Origin: Octopus vulgaris
Taxonomy: Eukaryota
NCBI GenBank assembly: GCA_951406725.2
Contig: OX597833.1
Coordinates: 40,672,001-40,736,000, forward strand
Reading direction: 5' to 3'
Length of the DNA: 64,000 bases
The translations under genes were made by a program, and so were the position numbers. The notes beneath the pieces were generated by a model. That model was not told the DNA's origin and ran no database searches. It was given only the letters and a program-made list of their open reading frames with translations. Position 1 is the first letter of the stretch; each line of letters begins with the position of its first letter. Shown one piece after another: positions 36,446 to 50,594 of the stretch.

Positions 36446-38150
36446 ATTATGATATAATAATGATTTCAAATTTTGGCACAAGGCCAGTAAATACAAGGGA
36501 GTGGGTAAGTCAATTATATTAGCCCCTGTGCTCAACTGGTACTTATTTTATTGACCCCCAAAAGGATTTGGTGGAATTTGAATTTGGAACATAAAGACAG
36601 ATGAAATGCCTCTAAGCATTTTGCCCAGAGTGCTAATGATTCTGCCAGCTTGCCTCCTTAATATATGATATAATAATGCAATTTATCACTATACTGAGAA
36701 GACTATCAGACTATCACTGGTCACAATGCACTTCCTTGCATTGTTGTAGCTTTTGAATGATGCACCCTACTGGCTTGGTAGAGAGGCCAACATGGCCCCC
36801 TAAATGGGATGCCAGTATGCTGCAGGGTTACCCATTTACAGTTGAGCAGACTGAGGCAATGTGAAATTAATTGTTTTGCTCAAGAACACAATGCACTTCC
36901 ACACTGGAAATTGAAACCACAATCTTGTGGTTATGAGTGCAACACACAAACCATGAGGCCACAAGCATTTACGATATAATATAATATGATATGATATGAT
37001 ATTATATACCGGCACTCTGTCAGTTATGATGACGAGGGTTCTGGTTGATCTGATCAATGGAACAGCCTGCTTGTGAAAATAATGTGCAAGTGGCTGAACA
37101 TTCCTCAGACATGCAAACCCTTCAACTCCATTTGTAAGGGTATAAAGAAGTTCTCTGTTTCAGAGTTATGTCACATCCATCACACCCCCATGAGTAACTT
37201 GCTCTGGCAAGGAAGTACTCTCTTTTGTAACATATCTCTTCCATATTTTTCTCTATTGCCTGGACTATCAAAAGAGTTGTTGTTGGTTGTGGTGCTTTAG
37301 TTATTGCTATTTAAGTTTGCATTTCTGTGATATTTTACTTTTGTGGCTTCTCAAATTGTATGTAACACTGCTTATAACGGTGTTGTTTGTTTAACTGTTA
37401 ATTTTCTCTTCCTTCATTTTTTTGCTAAATCTGTTTGTTATGTTTTTGAAATTATTTTGGTAAAAAATATATCTGTTGTTGTCTCCTCTCTGTAGCTAGC
37501 ACCTTCTTCTGCTGGATAATCTTTTCTACTCTACGAACAAGGCCTGAAATTTTTGGGGGAGGGGGCCAGTCGATTAGATCAACCCCAGTATGCAATTGGT
37601 ACTTAATTTATCAACCCCAAAAGGATGAAAGGCAAAGTCAACCACAGCAGAATTTGAACTCAGAACATAAAGACAGACAAAATACCACTAAGCATTTCGC
37701 CTAGCATGCTAACGATTCTGCCAGCTTGCAAGTCACAGTTAAATCAGTGATGCCAAAACAGCTGTGCCAAAATGTCTCATATGTTCAGCACCCACACACA
37801 CAAACACAATACATAGGCAATGTCACTACTAGGCACTGCACATATATTAAATAGAATACCTATTTCTTTATTACCCACAAGGGGCTAAACATAGAGGGGA
37901 CAAACAAGGACAGACATAGGTATTAAGTCAATTACATCGACCCTAGTGCGTAACTGGTACTTAATTTATCGACCCTGAAAGGATGAAAGACAAAGTCGAC
38001 CTCGGCAGAATTTTAACTCAGAACTTAACGGCAGATGAAATACGGCTACGCATTTTGCCAGGCGTGCTAACAATTCTGCCAGTTTGCCGCCTTAAATAGA
38101 ATACCCCACGACTATATGCATTATTTAGAGTACCCCAAGACAGGCAGACA

Positions 38151-38205
<55 letters not shown>

Positions 38206-39699
38206 CTCTGCTTAGTAGTGCATATATTTACAAAAGTACTTTCAATATAATAGAAAAACATAAAACAAAAGAAATTTATCAGATCTAGGCAAACCTGAAA
38301 ATAAAGATACAAAAAATATAAAAAAGAAGAAACAAAATATAAAAAAGAGAACATCAATAAAACTGTGTTTCAATTCAACAGAGACAATAGTTTAAGAAAG
38401 CGTGTCTTGTTTAAGGATGTGATCTACCAACATCCCACATAGTGACACTAATCCAATAAGCTGTCCACTCAAATGTTGTTTTTGATGTCAAGGTCCTGTT
38501 GTCTGTACTTTACAGGAACTGTGGCAATATTTTTAGCTGAAAAGCAAGCAATATTTCAGCCAAGACAAGCAATCATTTGTAAAACATGCAGTTAGTAAGA
38601 TCACAGGCAAATTTTTAAGTGATGGCAACATGTTAAGTCTTTATATTTGCAGACAGTTACAACCCTTCTTGGTCTATTATTTTTATTGCTGTAGTGTGGG
38701 GTACTAATATAGATGGTGTTGTAAGTTCTTTAGCTCTGGGTTACCTCTGATTGAATACACCTATGATTACAGACATTCCATCCAGGACCACCCTGGTCAT
38801 TCTCTCAGGTATTGCATATCTAAGATCATATCACACAATCCAATGTGCCCACTACTTTTCATGAAAATAGGGTGTGGGGTGAGGGAGAAAGAGAAGAGAG
38901 AGCATTAAGAGAGAGAGAAGAGAATTGACTTCTATTTCTACCTGAGTCACCGTGTAGAGTCTCTTTTGTGTGTGTGTTGGGGGTGGGGGTGGGGGGCAGA
39001 TGGTCCTTAGTAGTTGAATGATATGAAGAAGACATCAGACTTTTTTTCCTTGATAACCTAATCAGCATGTAACAACATATATAAAATAGTTTTATGGGGC
39101 CCACTACAACATGCAATATGTCATCACTGCCTTCTTTATCTTTCTTAATATTTTTACTTAAATATATAAACATCAAAATTATTCAGAATTATATTACAAC
39201 TATGGCACACAATAAATACATATGTAACAGACAAACAAAAATCACATTTTAGTCTGGTCTATTGGTCATGTGATATGTCACCTGCTCTTGCCATTTAGTC
39301 ATGTGATATAGTATGTCTTCTGCTCAGTGTCCTTTCTGTACTCTCTCTTTCTTTCTTTAGCTATATGAATTATGCAATTTATCATGAAGGCAGAGTTAGC
39401 AATTATGAACTGCAGGTGTATACAGTGGGCCCCGTTGAGGATGCTCCATCTGATGTTAGGAAAATTGCTTCCTTAGTTTCAGAGTCTCAAGGTGAAGTGA
39501 GATAGAGAGCTGGAGTTTTCCCTGTCCTTGCACCTGAAGGGATGTATATGTTATGTGAATTTTCCCTTGAAAACACAAACATTGGCTATCAGATCACATA
39601 GCCAAATCATTTCTCATGAAGCCATTGGATGGAGTGAGGCTAGTTCTGTAGACCACATTGTTTGAATGCAAGGATTTCCCTAGTGAATAACTAGTGGAA

Positions 39700-40100
39700 T
39701 TTCAGCTGTAAAGGGTTGGGGAATGGGATGGAATTGTGTAGGTGTCTATTTTCTTCTGGTGTAGTTAACCTTAGTATTATGGGCATTAAAGATGTTATCA
39801 TACCAATGGGTCCTTGGGAAAGGTTGTTTAACTGGAGATAGGAAGTTTCTAGTTATGTTTGTAGAGACATCTATGAACGGAGTATAGAACCTGATTATTT
39901 TTATCTTTCTTCAAGTTTGGGGATGAGGGTGGTAGATCCTCCATCTACAATAACTTCACAGTGAAACCACTCCTTGCTGGTGCCTTGTGACATTGGGATG
40001 TAACACAGGTGAAGATGTTTCTCTGCTGATAAACTAAGGATTCTTTTGCCAATGCATACGACTAGGCCTCTAATTAGAACTGGGAATGTTACAGCTGTTG
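39700..40100 (-). mobile_element. Penelope-like ORF remnant
   Basis: IIRFYTPFIDVSTNITRNFL...FPRTHWYDNIFNAHNTKVNY resembles the PLE linker IIWFNPP...TNIG..FL...HFP..H...IFN..T.K.SY. Confidence 0.6.
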
Positions 40101-41001
40101 GCTTCTTGTTCTGTAAATACTAGTGCCAACATCATTATCGTTTAACGTCTGTTTTCCATGCTAGCATGGGTTGGATGGTTCAACTGGGGTCTGGGAAGCC
40201 AGAAGGCTGCACCAGGCCCAGTCTGATCTAGTAGAGTTTCTACAGCTGGATGCCCTTCCTAATGCCAACCACTCCGTGAGTGTAGTGGGTGCTTTTTACG
40301 TGCCAGACGAGGCTGGTAACGGCCACAATCGGATGGTGCTATTTATGTGCCACCGGCACAGAGGACAGTTGGGGCGGTGCTGGCAACAGCTACGTTCGGA
40401 TGGTTCTCTTACGTGCCACCAGCACTGGTATCACAGCTACAATTTCCATTGATGTTGAACGATTTCGATTTTGATTTTCACTTGCCTCAACAGGTCTTCA
40501 CAAGTCACAAGTAGGGTTTGTGTCTCAAGAAGGAAAGGTATGCATAAGTGGGCTGGTTACGTCCCAGAAAGAAACAAATGACAAGTAATAAACTTGTCTA
40601 TAATGTGACTATTTCCCTTCTGTATACTTCTAATTCAATCTATCAGTGCTAATACCCAGCTCTAAACAATTTTCACTCAGGCATGACAAGCCACACAATA
40701 ACCTACTCCAACAGAGGAAGACACCCATATAATGTTGCTAATACACTGATATGTATACTGACAACCTCAAAACTAGCTACTTCACCAGGTGCGGCAGTGG
40801 GCACATATTTCATTCCTTAAGTTGTCAAATCTGAAAGACTGTCAATAAACTGGCACCAACAGATAGTCCCCCTTCACTAAGTGGAAACAAAATATCAATT
40901 ATCTATTGTCAGTTACACTTTCTCTCTCTCTCTTACATACACACACACTTTTTTGACTTGAGTTTTAGTTATACCTGTACATATCTACAGGTGTGTATAT
41001 C

Positions 41002-41032
<31 letters not shown>

Positions 41033-41816
41033 TAAATAATCATTTAATTAATTGGTAATAAAACTGAAATACAACCAGTATATGTGTGTTTTTACTGGCA
41101 AAATGACACTCTGCAATATTTATTTTCATTCAATACTAGATTCATATCAAGAACTTACAAAATAAATACCAAAATAAAATATACAAACACATAAACATGA
41201 ATACAGACACACACACACAGATATGCATAAACATATAGATATACATACATATATTTAGATATACACACATATTTACATACATATATAGTCATATATAGGA
41301 TACATATATAGTAATATACAGGATATGTGGAAATAACAGTTAGTCATTGGTGATAATTGATCTGCTTAGGTATTGGTGATGGCAGGTTAGTGGGTTGGTG
41401 ACAACAGAGCCTGTTAGTCACTGGTGGCAATAACAAACTGAATCTTCAATACACATCACGCACTAAGACAACAGAAGTCAATATAAAAAAAAATTAACAA
41501 TATACATACAAACATAAACATATATAAATATGCATATGTATGTGTGTGTATGTGTGTGTGTGTGTGTGATTATGAATGGTTGCATACAGGTGTGAAGGTA
41601 ATTAAGCATAAAAGTCATCAATATGAGGAAGTGGAATAGTATATATTCAAAGCTGAGTCTGGGAGACTTGTTACTCGAATTTTGTTGGTATATAAGCATA
41701 AAACTTGAGCAGTGGTCAGTCACCACTTTGAATATATATTTATATGTATCTACCTACCTATATATAAGTGTATATTTATGTATGTATACACATACTTTTA
41801 TATATATATAAATATA

Positions 41817-42024
41817 TAGGGTGTCCACAAAGTCATTAGACAAATAGAAAAATTTATTAAAATTGTAATGGAAACTGGATAACATAGCATTAATAAAACT
41901 ATTAGTACCATAGAATAAACTTTAATAATAGTATATTAATATGCAACAAAACTGTAGTTGCCACCTCTTCTAAGATTTTCATAATGACCTTTTAAAATTG
42001 TCTAAAGACTTTGTGGAAACCCTG
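41817..42024. mobile_element. Tc1/mariner-type MITE
   Basis: TIR agggtgtccacaaagtcattagacaa / ttgtctaaagactttgtggaaaccct. Confidence 0.8.
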
Positions 42025-42043
42025 TGTGTGTATATATATATAG

Positions 42044-42407
42044 AAGGTGATTAAAATCAAAATAAGCAACAAGGATATCCAGAGGTAATGCAGTACGATT
42101 GTTTCATGCAATTCCATTTCAGGCAGTGTCTTCTTGAAAAAAATCCAGTTACAACTATGATGTTGTAGGTACAGCATGTTCTTTGTCTATCTCCTTAACT
42201 TCTTAGAGATCTTAGGTAAAATTATACTAATGTGTCCTTCTGTTCTAATTTAATTAAATTCTATGTCTTTGTGCAGCTGAAGATTGCTCTACATTTAAAT
42301 TGATGTGATGAAATGATTGCATTGTTCAATTAAATGGAGTTACATGAAACGATCATACAGCATTACCTCTGGATATCCTTGTTGCTTATTTTGATTTCAA
42401 TCACCTT
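42044..42407. repeat. 76-bp inverted repeat; the spacer matches 14770-14890 in reverse
   Basis: Arms 42044-42119 and 42332-42407. Confidence 0.9.
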
Positions 42408-42519
42408 ATTTTGAAATTGTATGGATAATACTGTACTAAATTCTGGTGCCTCAACTTAAGTACCATATTCATCTGAATCTAAATTTTTACTGAACTCATA
42501 TATATATATATATGCTATG

Positions 42520-42720
42520 ATAGATCGTTAGCTCCTACACGCATTTTTACTCTCCTTTTTTTTCTCTCCTTGTTTTTTTCTGTGTATCTTTCTGTCGAAG
42601 AGCGTAGGCTCGAAATGTAAAAGACTTTTTCTATTTCTATTCCTGAGCGCTATACTAATACATTTGTTTGTTTGTACTCCACCTGCCTTCGTCTTTTGTT
42701 TATTTTCGTAAACTTTCCCT
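42520..42720 (+). mobile_element. TA-associated repeat with minimal hammerhead-like motif
   Basis: tcttt CTGTCGA a gagc gtag gctc GAAA t GTA aaaga at 42587-42624. Confidence 0.7.
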
Positions 42721-42721
42721 T

Positions 42722-42752
<31 letters not shown>

Positions 42753-42758
42753 GCACAC

Positions 42759-43484
42759 ACCATATATACTTGAGTAATAGTCAACCCCTTATTTTGGCTA
42801 AGAAAACTGGGAATTTTCCATAGACCTCCACATAAAAGTCGACTCAAGTATTTCACAAATAGCAGGACAACATTTGTGGGTCAAGGTACCGTATTATCCT
42901 GTACGTAGAAATAACACTGTTACAAAATTGTGTGGATACCTTACTGTAGCCTGCTCTATAGGTGGAATGCTTGGTGCTTATAATAAAACACCATTAAATA
43001 GCGAGCACTATACATTTGTTGATGGGTGCTACATCACCATTTCTAAAATGTATGCATAGGATATGCTGCAAGCCTGCATACACCTTCAAGCATAATAAAC
43101 ACATGCATCATACACTCATTGTTTACATGGTGAGAAACGTATTTCACAGACAATGCTATTGGTGGACACTGGCAAATACCACTGTCTGAATTCTTACAAA
43201 GAGATGACTTTGGTAAGCCTAAAAACATTCAATTAATCGCTAAACCTTTATATTTTATTAGAATATGTGTTTTGATGCATAGAATTGGTAGCATTGCTGT
43301 AATTCATAGTGTTTTTTTGTTTTTATTCGCTTAGAGATCAGTTGGGCTTCTGCTGCTGATACGGTACTTCAGATTCTGGCTTGAATTTCAGCCCCTCAAA
43401 AGTAGTATCCATGTAATAGTTGACCCCGTAGATTTGACCTTAAAAAATGGTCTAAAAAATTTGACTTTTACACAAGTTTATACG

Positions 43485-43486
<2 letters not shown>
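42759..43486. mobile_element. pogo/Tigger-like non-autonomous DNA transposon
   Basis: Ends accatatatacttg... and ...caagtttatacggt with subterminal taatagtcaacc/taatagttgacc repeats. Confidence 0.65.
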
Positions 43487-43537
<51 letters not shown>

Positions 43538-45041
43538 TACACACACACACATATGTATATCTCTCTGTAATATATACATATATGTGTATATGTATGTACA
43601 TCTTTCTATCTATCTATCTATCTATCCACACACACACACACATATATATGCCAACGTGGAAGACTTACATTAAATGATGATGACACACACCTAGTTGTAT
43701 GTAAACACACACACACACACACAATTGGGATAAGAAAACAAATTTATTAAAAAGCCAGTATACTAAGGATAATTTCAGAGACATGCACAAACTTACCACG
43801 AGGATTGAAACCTAAAGATCAACAGTGTAAAAATGTTTAAAATTAAAAAAGACAAAACAAAATATGCAGCAAAAAAAAAAAATGAAATAAATTGAAAATA
43901 AAATGCAGGAAATAATTACAAGATAAAGCATGACAGAAGAAAAACAAAAGAAATATAAGACCTAAAAAAAATGAAGTAAGATTGTAAAATTAAAGAGATT
44001 GTAGAGTAATTTAATGTTTGACATGCAAATTTTTTGGAATTCATTCATGTTGGAGTGATGAGAAGCCAATAAAAGTAAATGTTATGTTAACTATTGAAAA
44101 CTTTATATAACAGAGAGCAGTCCCCATGTTTTTTTCCAAACCAGCCATCTCTAAATCTCTGAAGAGCACATGGTTTACTTGATGGTGCTGTAATCAAGTA
44201 TCTCATTATATAATATGCAGTGCCAAACCTATAGATAAGATCAGGTGAAGTGGATAAGTAGTACTGTATCATCATCATCATCATCATTGTTTAACATCCG
44301 CTTTCCATGCTAGGATGGGTTGGATGATTTGACTGAGGGCTGGCAAACCAGATGGCTGCACCAGGCTTCAATCGTGATCTGGCAGAGTTTCTACAGCTGG
44401 ATGCCCGCCCTACCTAATGCCAACCACTCTGAGATTGTAATGAGTGCTTTTACGTGCCACCGGCACAGGGCCAGTCAGGCGGTACTGGCAACGACCTTGC
44501 TCGAATCTTTTGCACATGCCACCGGCACAGGTGCCAGTAAGGCAATGCTGGTAACGATCATGCTTGAATGGTGTCTTTTACATGTCACTGGCACAGAGGC
44601 CAGATAGCCGCTCTGGCAACGATCACACTCAGATGGTGTTCTTGACACCCTCCTAGCATAGGGCTTGAGTGCCAGTAAGGCAACGCTGGTAACGATCACA
44701 CTCGAATGGTGCCTTTTATGTCCCACTGGCACAGAAGCCAGTTAGTCGCTCTGTCAACGATCACACTTGTATGGTGCTCTTTGCACCCTGCTAGCACGGA
44801 TGCCAGTCATCAAATTTGATTTTGATTTGTATATTTTGGTTAATATTCCTACACCACTGACAAGTAGACAAATGCATATTTTTTCTGACTTACGGATTAT
44901 TAGATGTCTATATACATATATACCAAAACCAAAAGGGGCACAGTAAAGTGCAACATGCAACCAAAAACTGAGCTCAGTAGGGGCATCAAACCTGGGACAA
45001 GCTAGAGTGCAGAATATGAGCCAAATTATAGAAATAATAAC

Positions 45042-45560
45042 AGGCAGAAAACAGGTGTGGTATTCAGTGCTTTGTAGGACATACATGCATTTCAGCAAAC
45101 TACCAAAATAATTACAAAATAAGTAGTGGAAACATTATGCAATAATGCACTTCACCTCATCAGTGTTCTGCAATATATACAGCAATCGATGTTAAGGCTT
45201 CAAATATATACATTTTACTCTCATTATGCAAATAATCAACAACCTCACAAATTTTATGTGACAGGCCAAGTTGTTGATTATTTGTATTACAGTCATGTAA
45301 TCGAAAACAGCCATACAAGGTATCATAATTAACAAATCATACATGTTTTATATGACATGCAAAATTGTTGATTATTTATATAAGGGAGAAAAATGTATAT
45401 TGGGACTTTAACCTCAATTGTTGCATTTATTGCCAAACACAGATTGGATAAAATGCATGACAGCATAATGTTTCTACTCATCTTAGGTAATCGTTTTAGC
45501 ATTTTGCTGGAATGCATATATTTCCAATGGAGCATTGAATACTACACTTGTTTTCTGTTT
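45042..45560. repeat. Degenerate ~72-bp inverted repeat (MITE-like)
   Basis: Arms about 45042-45116 and 45487-45560. Confidence 0.75.
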
Positions 45561-45578
45561 ATTATATATATATATACA

Positions 45579-45827
45579 CTAGCCGGTGTATACGAAGCAA
45601 TGCATAGCTTTGCGGAAACCATGGTATGCTTTGTTTTCTGACTTTATAATCATCTCATAATAATGACTTTTATGAATTTTATTACTACCTCAGTACATCT
45701 AAATGTATGTATTTGTCGTTACCTTTCATAAAAAGCCTTTTTTTATTTACAATGTGCATTTTCGTTGATTTTTCATATTTTACCCTTACATTTCCACGTG
45801 TATTTTATATTTTCTTTTTATGACATA

Positions 45828-45840
<13 letters not shown>
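45579..45840 (-). mobile_element. Possible Helitron remnant
   Basis: CTAG|T end with a degenerate subterminal hairpin; TA-rich other end. Confidence 0.35.
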
Positions 45841-45871
<31 letters not shown>

Positions 45872-47867
45872 TTATGCATGAACGTTGGACAATGAAAATG
45901 AATGCTCAACACCATATTGGTGAATAAAAGTTCTTTATTTGTGTATTAAGGCTACCATTGGTTTCATACTAAGAAAATATCTTAATATCTTAACAATTTT
46001 TAAGCCAATATATACATATACTGTAAATTACAATGAGCTGATGAGATACAAGAGTTGATCTGATGATTTTTAGCTTAAAATTTTGTATGAAGCCTATATC
46101 TATGATGTACATTGACTCTCAAAATACAATTGAATGTATTAAGGTTGTTACTAATAATGCCTGGTTAAACCTGGTCTAACTGATGACTAAATCATCATCA
46201 TCATCATTTAGCGTCCGCTTTCCATGCTAGCTTGGGTTGGACAATATACATAAATCCTTCTTGCATTCAGACGGGGTCAGGACATTCATCACCACCATCT
46301 TCTCTCCTTTTCTAGCTAGGGTAGCCATCTATCAGCAAGACATCTGTTCTGATCCTTCTTGCATACTCTTCTCTCTCAACAGCTGGTATATGCTACCTTC
46401 CTCAAAAAATCCTCACCACTCTCAATCAAGAAGTCTTGTTTTGCAAGCTACATGGTGACCTCACAGGTGCTGGTTACACACAAAAAACAGCAGCCAGTAT
46501 GCTCTGTAAAATGGTTGGCTTTAGGAGGGGCATCCAACTGTAGAAACCATGAACAAAATAGACATTGGAGCTCAACACAGTCCTCTCACTTGTTGCATCC
46601 TGTCAAATCATCCAACCCATGCTGGCATGGAATATGGATGCAAAATGATGATGATGATGTAACGATACATGTACTATATGATGATTGTCTATTAGTTTTC
46701 ACAATGAGTGGTTGGTTTCTTTCAGCTTCTACCAACCAAATCCACCCACAAGGCTTTGATTGGCCTGGGGCTATAGTTGAAGACATTTACCCAACATGCT
46801 GCACAGTCGAACTGAACCCAAGACCAGATGGTTGGGAAGCAAGCCTCTTAATCACACAGCCATGGATGTGCCTATCATATTATACAATAAAATAGGGTAG
46901 TGCTCCCAAGTAAGCCTTACTTAGCACTACCTGCAGCCAATTGCACCAGTGGTGTAAACTGACATCCAGTGGTGTGTCACTAAACCCATTTAACGAACTG
47001 TAAAAATGCTTGCCCATTACGGTTGTAGCTGTCACTTATCTGACTTGAAAATCTACTTATATGGTTGGATCAATGAAAACTAACGAAATAATTATACAGT
47101 TATCCAAACTAGAGTGTGCACTTCAGCACTTACATGGGCAAAAATGCATCCAAATGAAAACAAAGACCTCGAAACATATGATAGCTGTTGTCCTCACTTT
47201 ATGGAAATGAAACTAAAATTACATCACATTATCACAAAGATATAAAACTATCAACCCATTAATACTGACAATATTGAAATGATAAATACAATAATATCAT
47301 GACCATAAATAGTATTTAATATTACATTGGTTTCAAATTCTGGCACAAGGCCAGGAAGTCCAAGGGAGTGGGCAAGTTGATTATATCAACCCCTGTGCTC
47401 AACTAGCACTTATTTTATTGATCCCAAAAGGATGAAAAGCAAAGTCGACCTCAACAGATTTTGAGCTCAGAACAAGAAGGTAGATGAAATGCTGCTAAAC
47501 AATTTTTTCAGAGTGCTAATTGCCTAATATTATATTAATAAAATAACAATTATGTAATAAAAACAGCAATACAAAATGAAGCAATGATATCAAAATTACA
47601 TATGTTGTCTTAATAAATTGTATTAGTAATACCATAAGTTACACCAGCAATCACATATCTTATAAAGATATTATAACATATTACATTACATGGGTAAAAT
47701 TGAAGTATTAGCAATATTAAAACATAGTATATGTGTCACATTATCAATATGATATATAAATGAATATTATACGTGCACCAGCAGTTGATAGTATGATATC
47801 AATCATGCAGCAATACAGTAAAAATCATTATGTGATATAATTAAAGGTAAGTTCCTGCATTAAATAC

Positions 47868-47933
47868 CTGTGCATATGTGTTCCCGGGGCAAGGTGCTGT
47901 GGCTTTCCTTCGTCAAATTCCCAAGGAGAAAAC
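47868..47933 (-). CDS. MROH1: MROH1-like exon: (G)FLLGNLTKESHSTLPREHICT
   Basis: tttccag acceptor, CAG|gtattt donor, 66 nt, phase 1/1. Confidence 0.85.
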
Positions 47934-48744
47934 CTGGAAAAGTAAAATAGACCCTTAAGAACCTGCTCCTTGGTTTTTAAATGGAGTATAGTTGTCAGAT
48001 TATTGGAAGAAAGAGGTGGGTAAGAATTGATAGCAGGGAGCTAGAAAGGTTAGCTAGGTGTCAAGTATATGTTAGCAAGGAAAGAAACCGAAATAAAATG
48101 GTTTGTTTTGCAAAGTGTTCTGAACTGTGAGGTAGTATCATCTTGAATCAGTAGAAAGAGGCATGGAAATGTCCCTAAAAGTGGTTTTCAAGTGAGGAGG
48201 AGGATGAAGAGAGAGAGAGAGAGAGAAGGATTGCCTCACATGAACTCAATAGAAGGACCAGCTATCAAGGTTTACTGCTATATTGTTGAAAGAACCATTA
48301 AGCATAGAAAGGCAGTTAAAATAATGGACCTTTCAGGGCCAGAGATGTTGAATATAAATGGTGAAAATAGGAGACAACTTAGTTAATCAGGTGGTGCAAG
48401 GAGGTATTACTTCCAACAGATGGTGTAGCAGTATCATTGTCAACTGCTACAAGAGCAAAGGAGATGCTTTAAAGAGGTGCAGAATTATATTGCAGCTATC
48501 AAGGTAAAATTAGCTTAGATGAGATGCAATTTAGCTTGATGCAAGCACAGAAACATCTGATGTCCTCTTCTTAGTGAACCAACTACAGAAGTTTCTTGGC
48601 TAAGCTCAAAAACACTATATATAGTATTTGTTGACAAGAAAACATACCTTAAAGTCTGATGGTTACTAAGAAAATTGATTGTTAATGGATGGCTTGTGAA
48701 AGCCATGAAAGAGAAAGCCTACAGTGATATCTGTTAGCATTTAT

Positions 48745-49192
48745 CTTTTACTTGTTTCAGTTATTAGACTGCAGCCATACTGAGGCACTGCTTTGAAGAA
48801 TTTTTAGGAGAATGGATTGATCCCAGGTTTTGGTTTTTATAAGCCTGGCACTTATTCTATCAATATCTTTTGCTGAACCACTATGTTATGAGGACATAAG
48901 CACTCCTACAATGGTTGTCAAGCAGTGGTGGGGGACAAACACAGACAGACGCACAGACACACACACGCACAGACACACACACGCACAGACACACACATGC
49001 ACAGACACACACACACACACACACACACACATGACAGGCTTCTTCCAGTTTCTGTCTACCAAATCCACTCACAAAGCTTTGGTCACCTGAGGCTACAGTA
49101 AAAGACACTTGTTCAAGGTGCTATGCAGAGGGACTGAACATAGAACCATGTGGTTGGGAAGCAAGCTTTTTACCGCACAACCATACTTGCGC
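48745..49192 (-). mobile_element. CORE-type SINE with internal (CA)n
   Basis: Reverse complement of the 58038-58432 family. Confidence 0.8.
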
Positions 49193-49555
49193 CTGGTCAT
49201 GTATTGTGTGGAAGGTTCATAGCTTGGTGAAGAAGTGAAAAATTGTCAAATGATCCAAATGGGAAGGGCTTTAGGAATAGGATGTGTGGAAAAAAATGGT
49301 AATGGTTGATCTGAAAATGGTGATCTTCATAAAAAATAACTATGATGACTGTTGGACTGTGACAAGTATAAAGTTACTTTGCTAGAACAGACCTACCAAA
49401 CCTATTCTAGCATGGAAAAACATATAAAATGAAGATGATGATCATAAAAATATTCAAAAAATGGTGAGATGTATAGAAACGATATGTGAAATAATTGAGG
49501 GATGGAAATTTTGCTTAGGAAAGACAGCCAAAAATTATTTAAGTATTGTCATTAC

Positions 49556-49658
49556 CTGAAAACATGGCGGCATTGGCACGAATTTCTGCCCAAATACTGT
49601 TGTAGAATGACATACAAGACAACAAGTATTGGTTAATTTTGTCTGGCATTTCCTTAAT
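49556..49658 (-). CDS. MROH1: MROH1-like exon: IKEMPDKINQYLLSCMSFYNSIWAEIRANAAMFS(G)
   Basis: tttttgcttcag acceptor, CAG|gtaatg donor, 103 nt, phase 0/1; F.S.W..IRA.A motif. Confidence 0.92.
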
Positions 49659-50594
49659 CTGAAGCAAAAAACAGAAAATCAATGTAAATAAGAAGAAAAA
49701 GAGAGAGTGAGAGAGAGGGTAAGAGAGAGAGAGAGAGAGAGAGAGTGTGTGTGTGTGTGTGTCTGTGAAAGTTGAATCTGCTTCCTCCAAATCTGCTAAA
49801 TTTATATATCTGTCTGGATCTGGGGCTGCACATCAAAGGTAAGGTTGTGAGTTAGGAACAGAACCACAAATGAAGAAGATGGTCAATGGGTGTGTCTATG
49901 CAGCACTGGCATAGGTGCATTTATGCAACAGCATGGATGCATTTATGCTGCACCAGCATGAATACATCTATGCAGCACTGGCATGAGTGCATCTACACAG
50001 CACCAACACAGGTGTGTTTATGTAGCACCAGTACCTGAAACAACAAGCCAGTATGTGTGGATCATGACCGTTAATTAGGGGTCTACTCAGTTAGGATTGA
50101 TATAGGACTAGCAGCTAAGCCCAGTTTCACCCGGTCTATTTGGATGATATGGCTATGATCGTTTTCGGTTAGGCATAATCTATAACAGCATTTGTCAACC
50201 TTATCATTTCAGGTCCCCTATTTCAATTGGAGCTGCCAACTATATGAAAATTTCCTGACCCCACCCCATCAGAATACAGTTTCTCAGCAGCTGGTTGTTT
50301 TAATGACAGAAGAAAGAGGGAAATTCCATTAGAAACAGTTTTAATAAATTTTCTTGGTAAGTATGGGGGTTAGGAAAGAAATACAAACTGCATTCCAATC
50401 TATTCACTTGTCTCCACATGTGTGCCATTTTTCATGCGAATCCACCCAGCCATTTGGCTGTGAACCTCAAGACAAGAAAGAATACAACGATCGCCCACGT
50501 CCAATTTATATTATAGATTAATCAACAACAACAACTATCATTATTACCTCCACCACCACAACAACAACAACAAAACCATAAAACTTGCTCTTAC

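Larger units (their letters stand above)
31578..38092 (-). mobile_element. Cluster of about 10 co-oriented Nin/Deu-type SINE copies around the MROH1 last exon
   Basis: Copies at about 31578, 31868, 33532, 34602, 34908, 35232, 35481, 36463, 37520 and 37862, many abutting (AAT)n. Confidence 0.85.

Noticed and set aside
38420-38540. Alternative MROH1 terminal exon (AKNIATVPVKYRQQDLDIKNNI*)
   Set aside because: An acceptor-like site exists, but there is no HEAT similarity and exons 47868 and 35962 already join seamlessly
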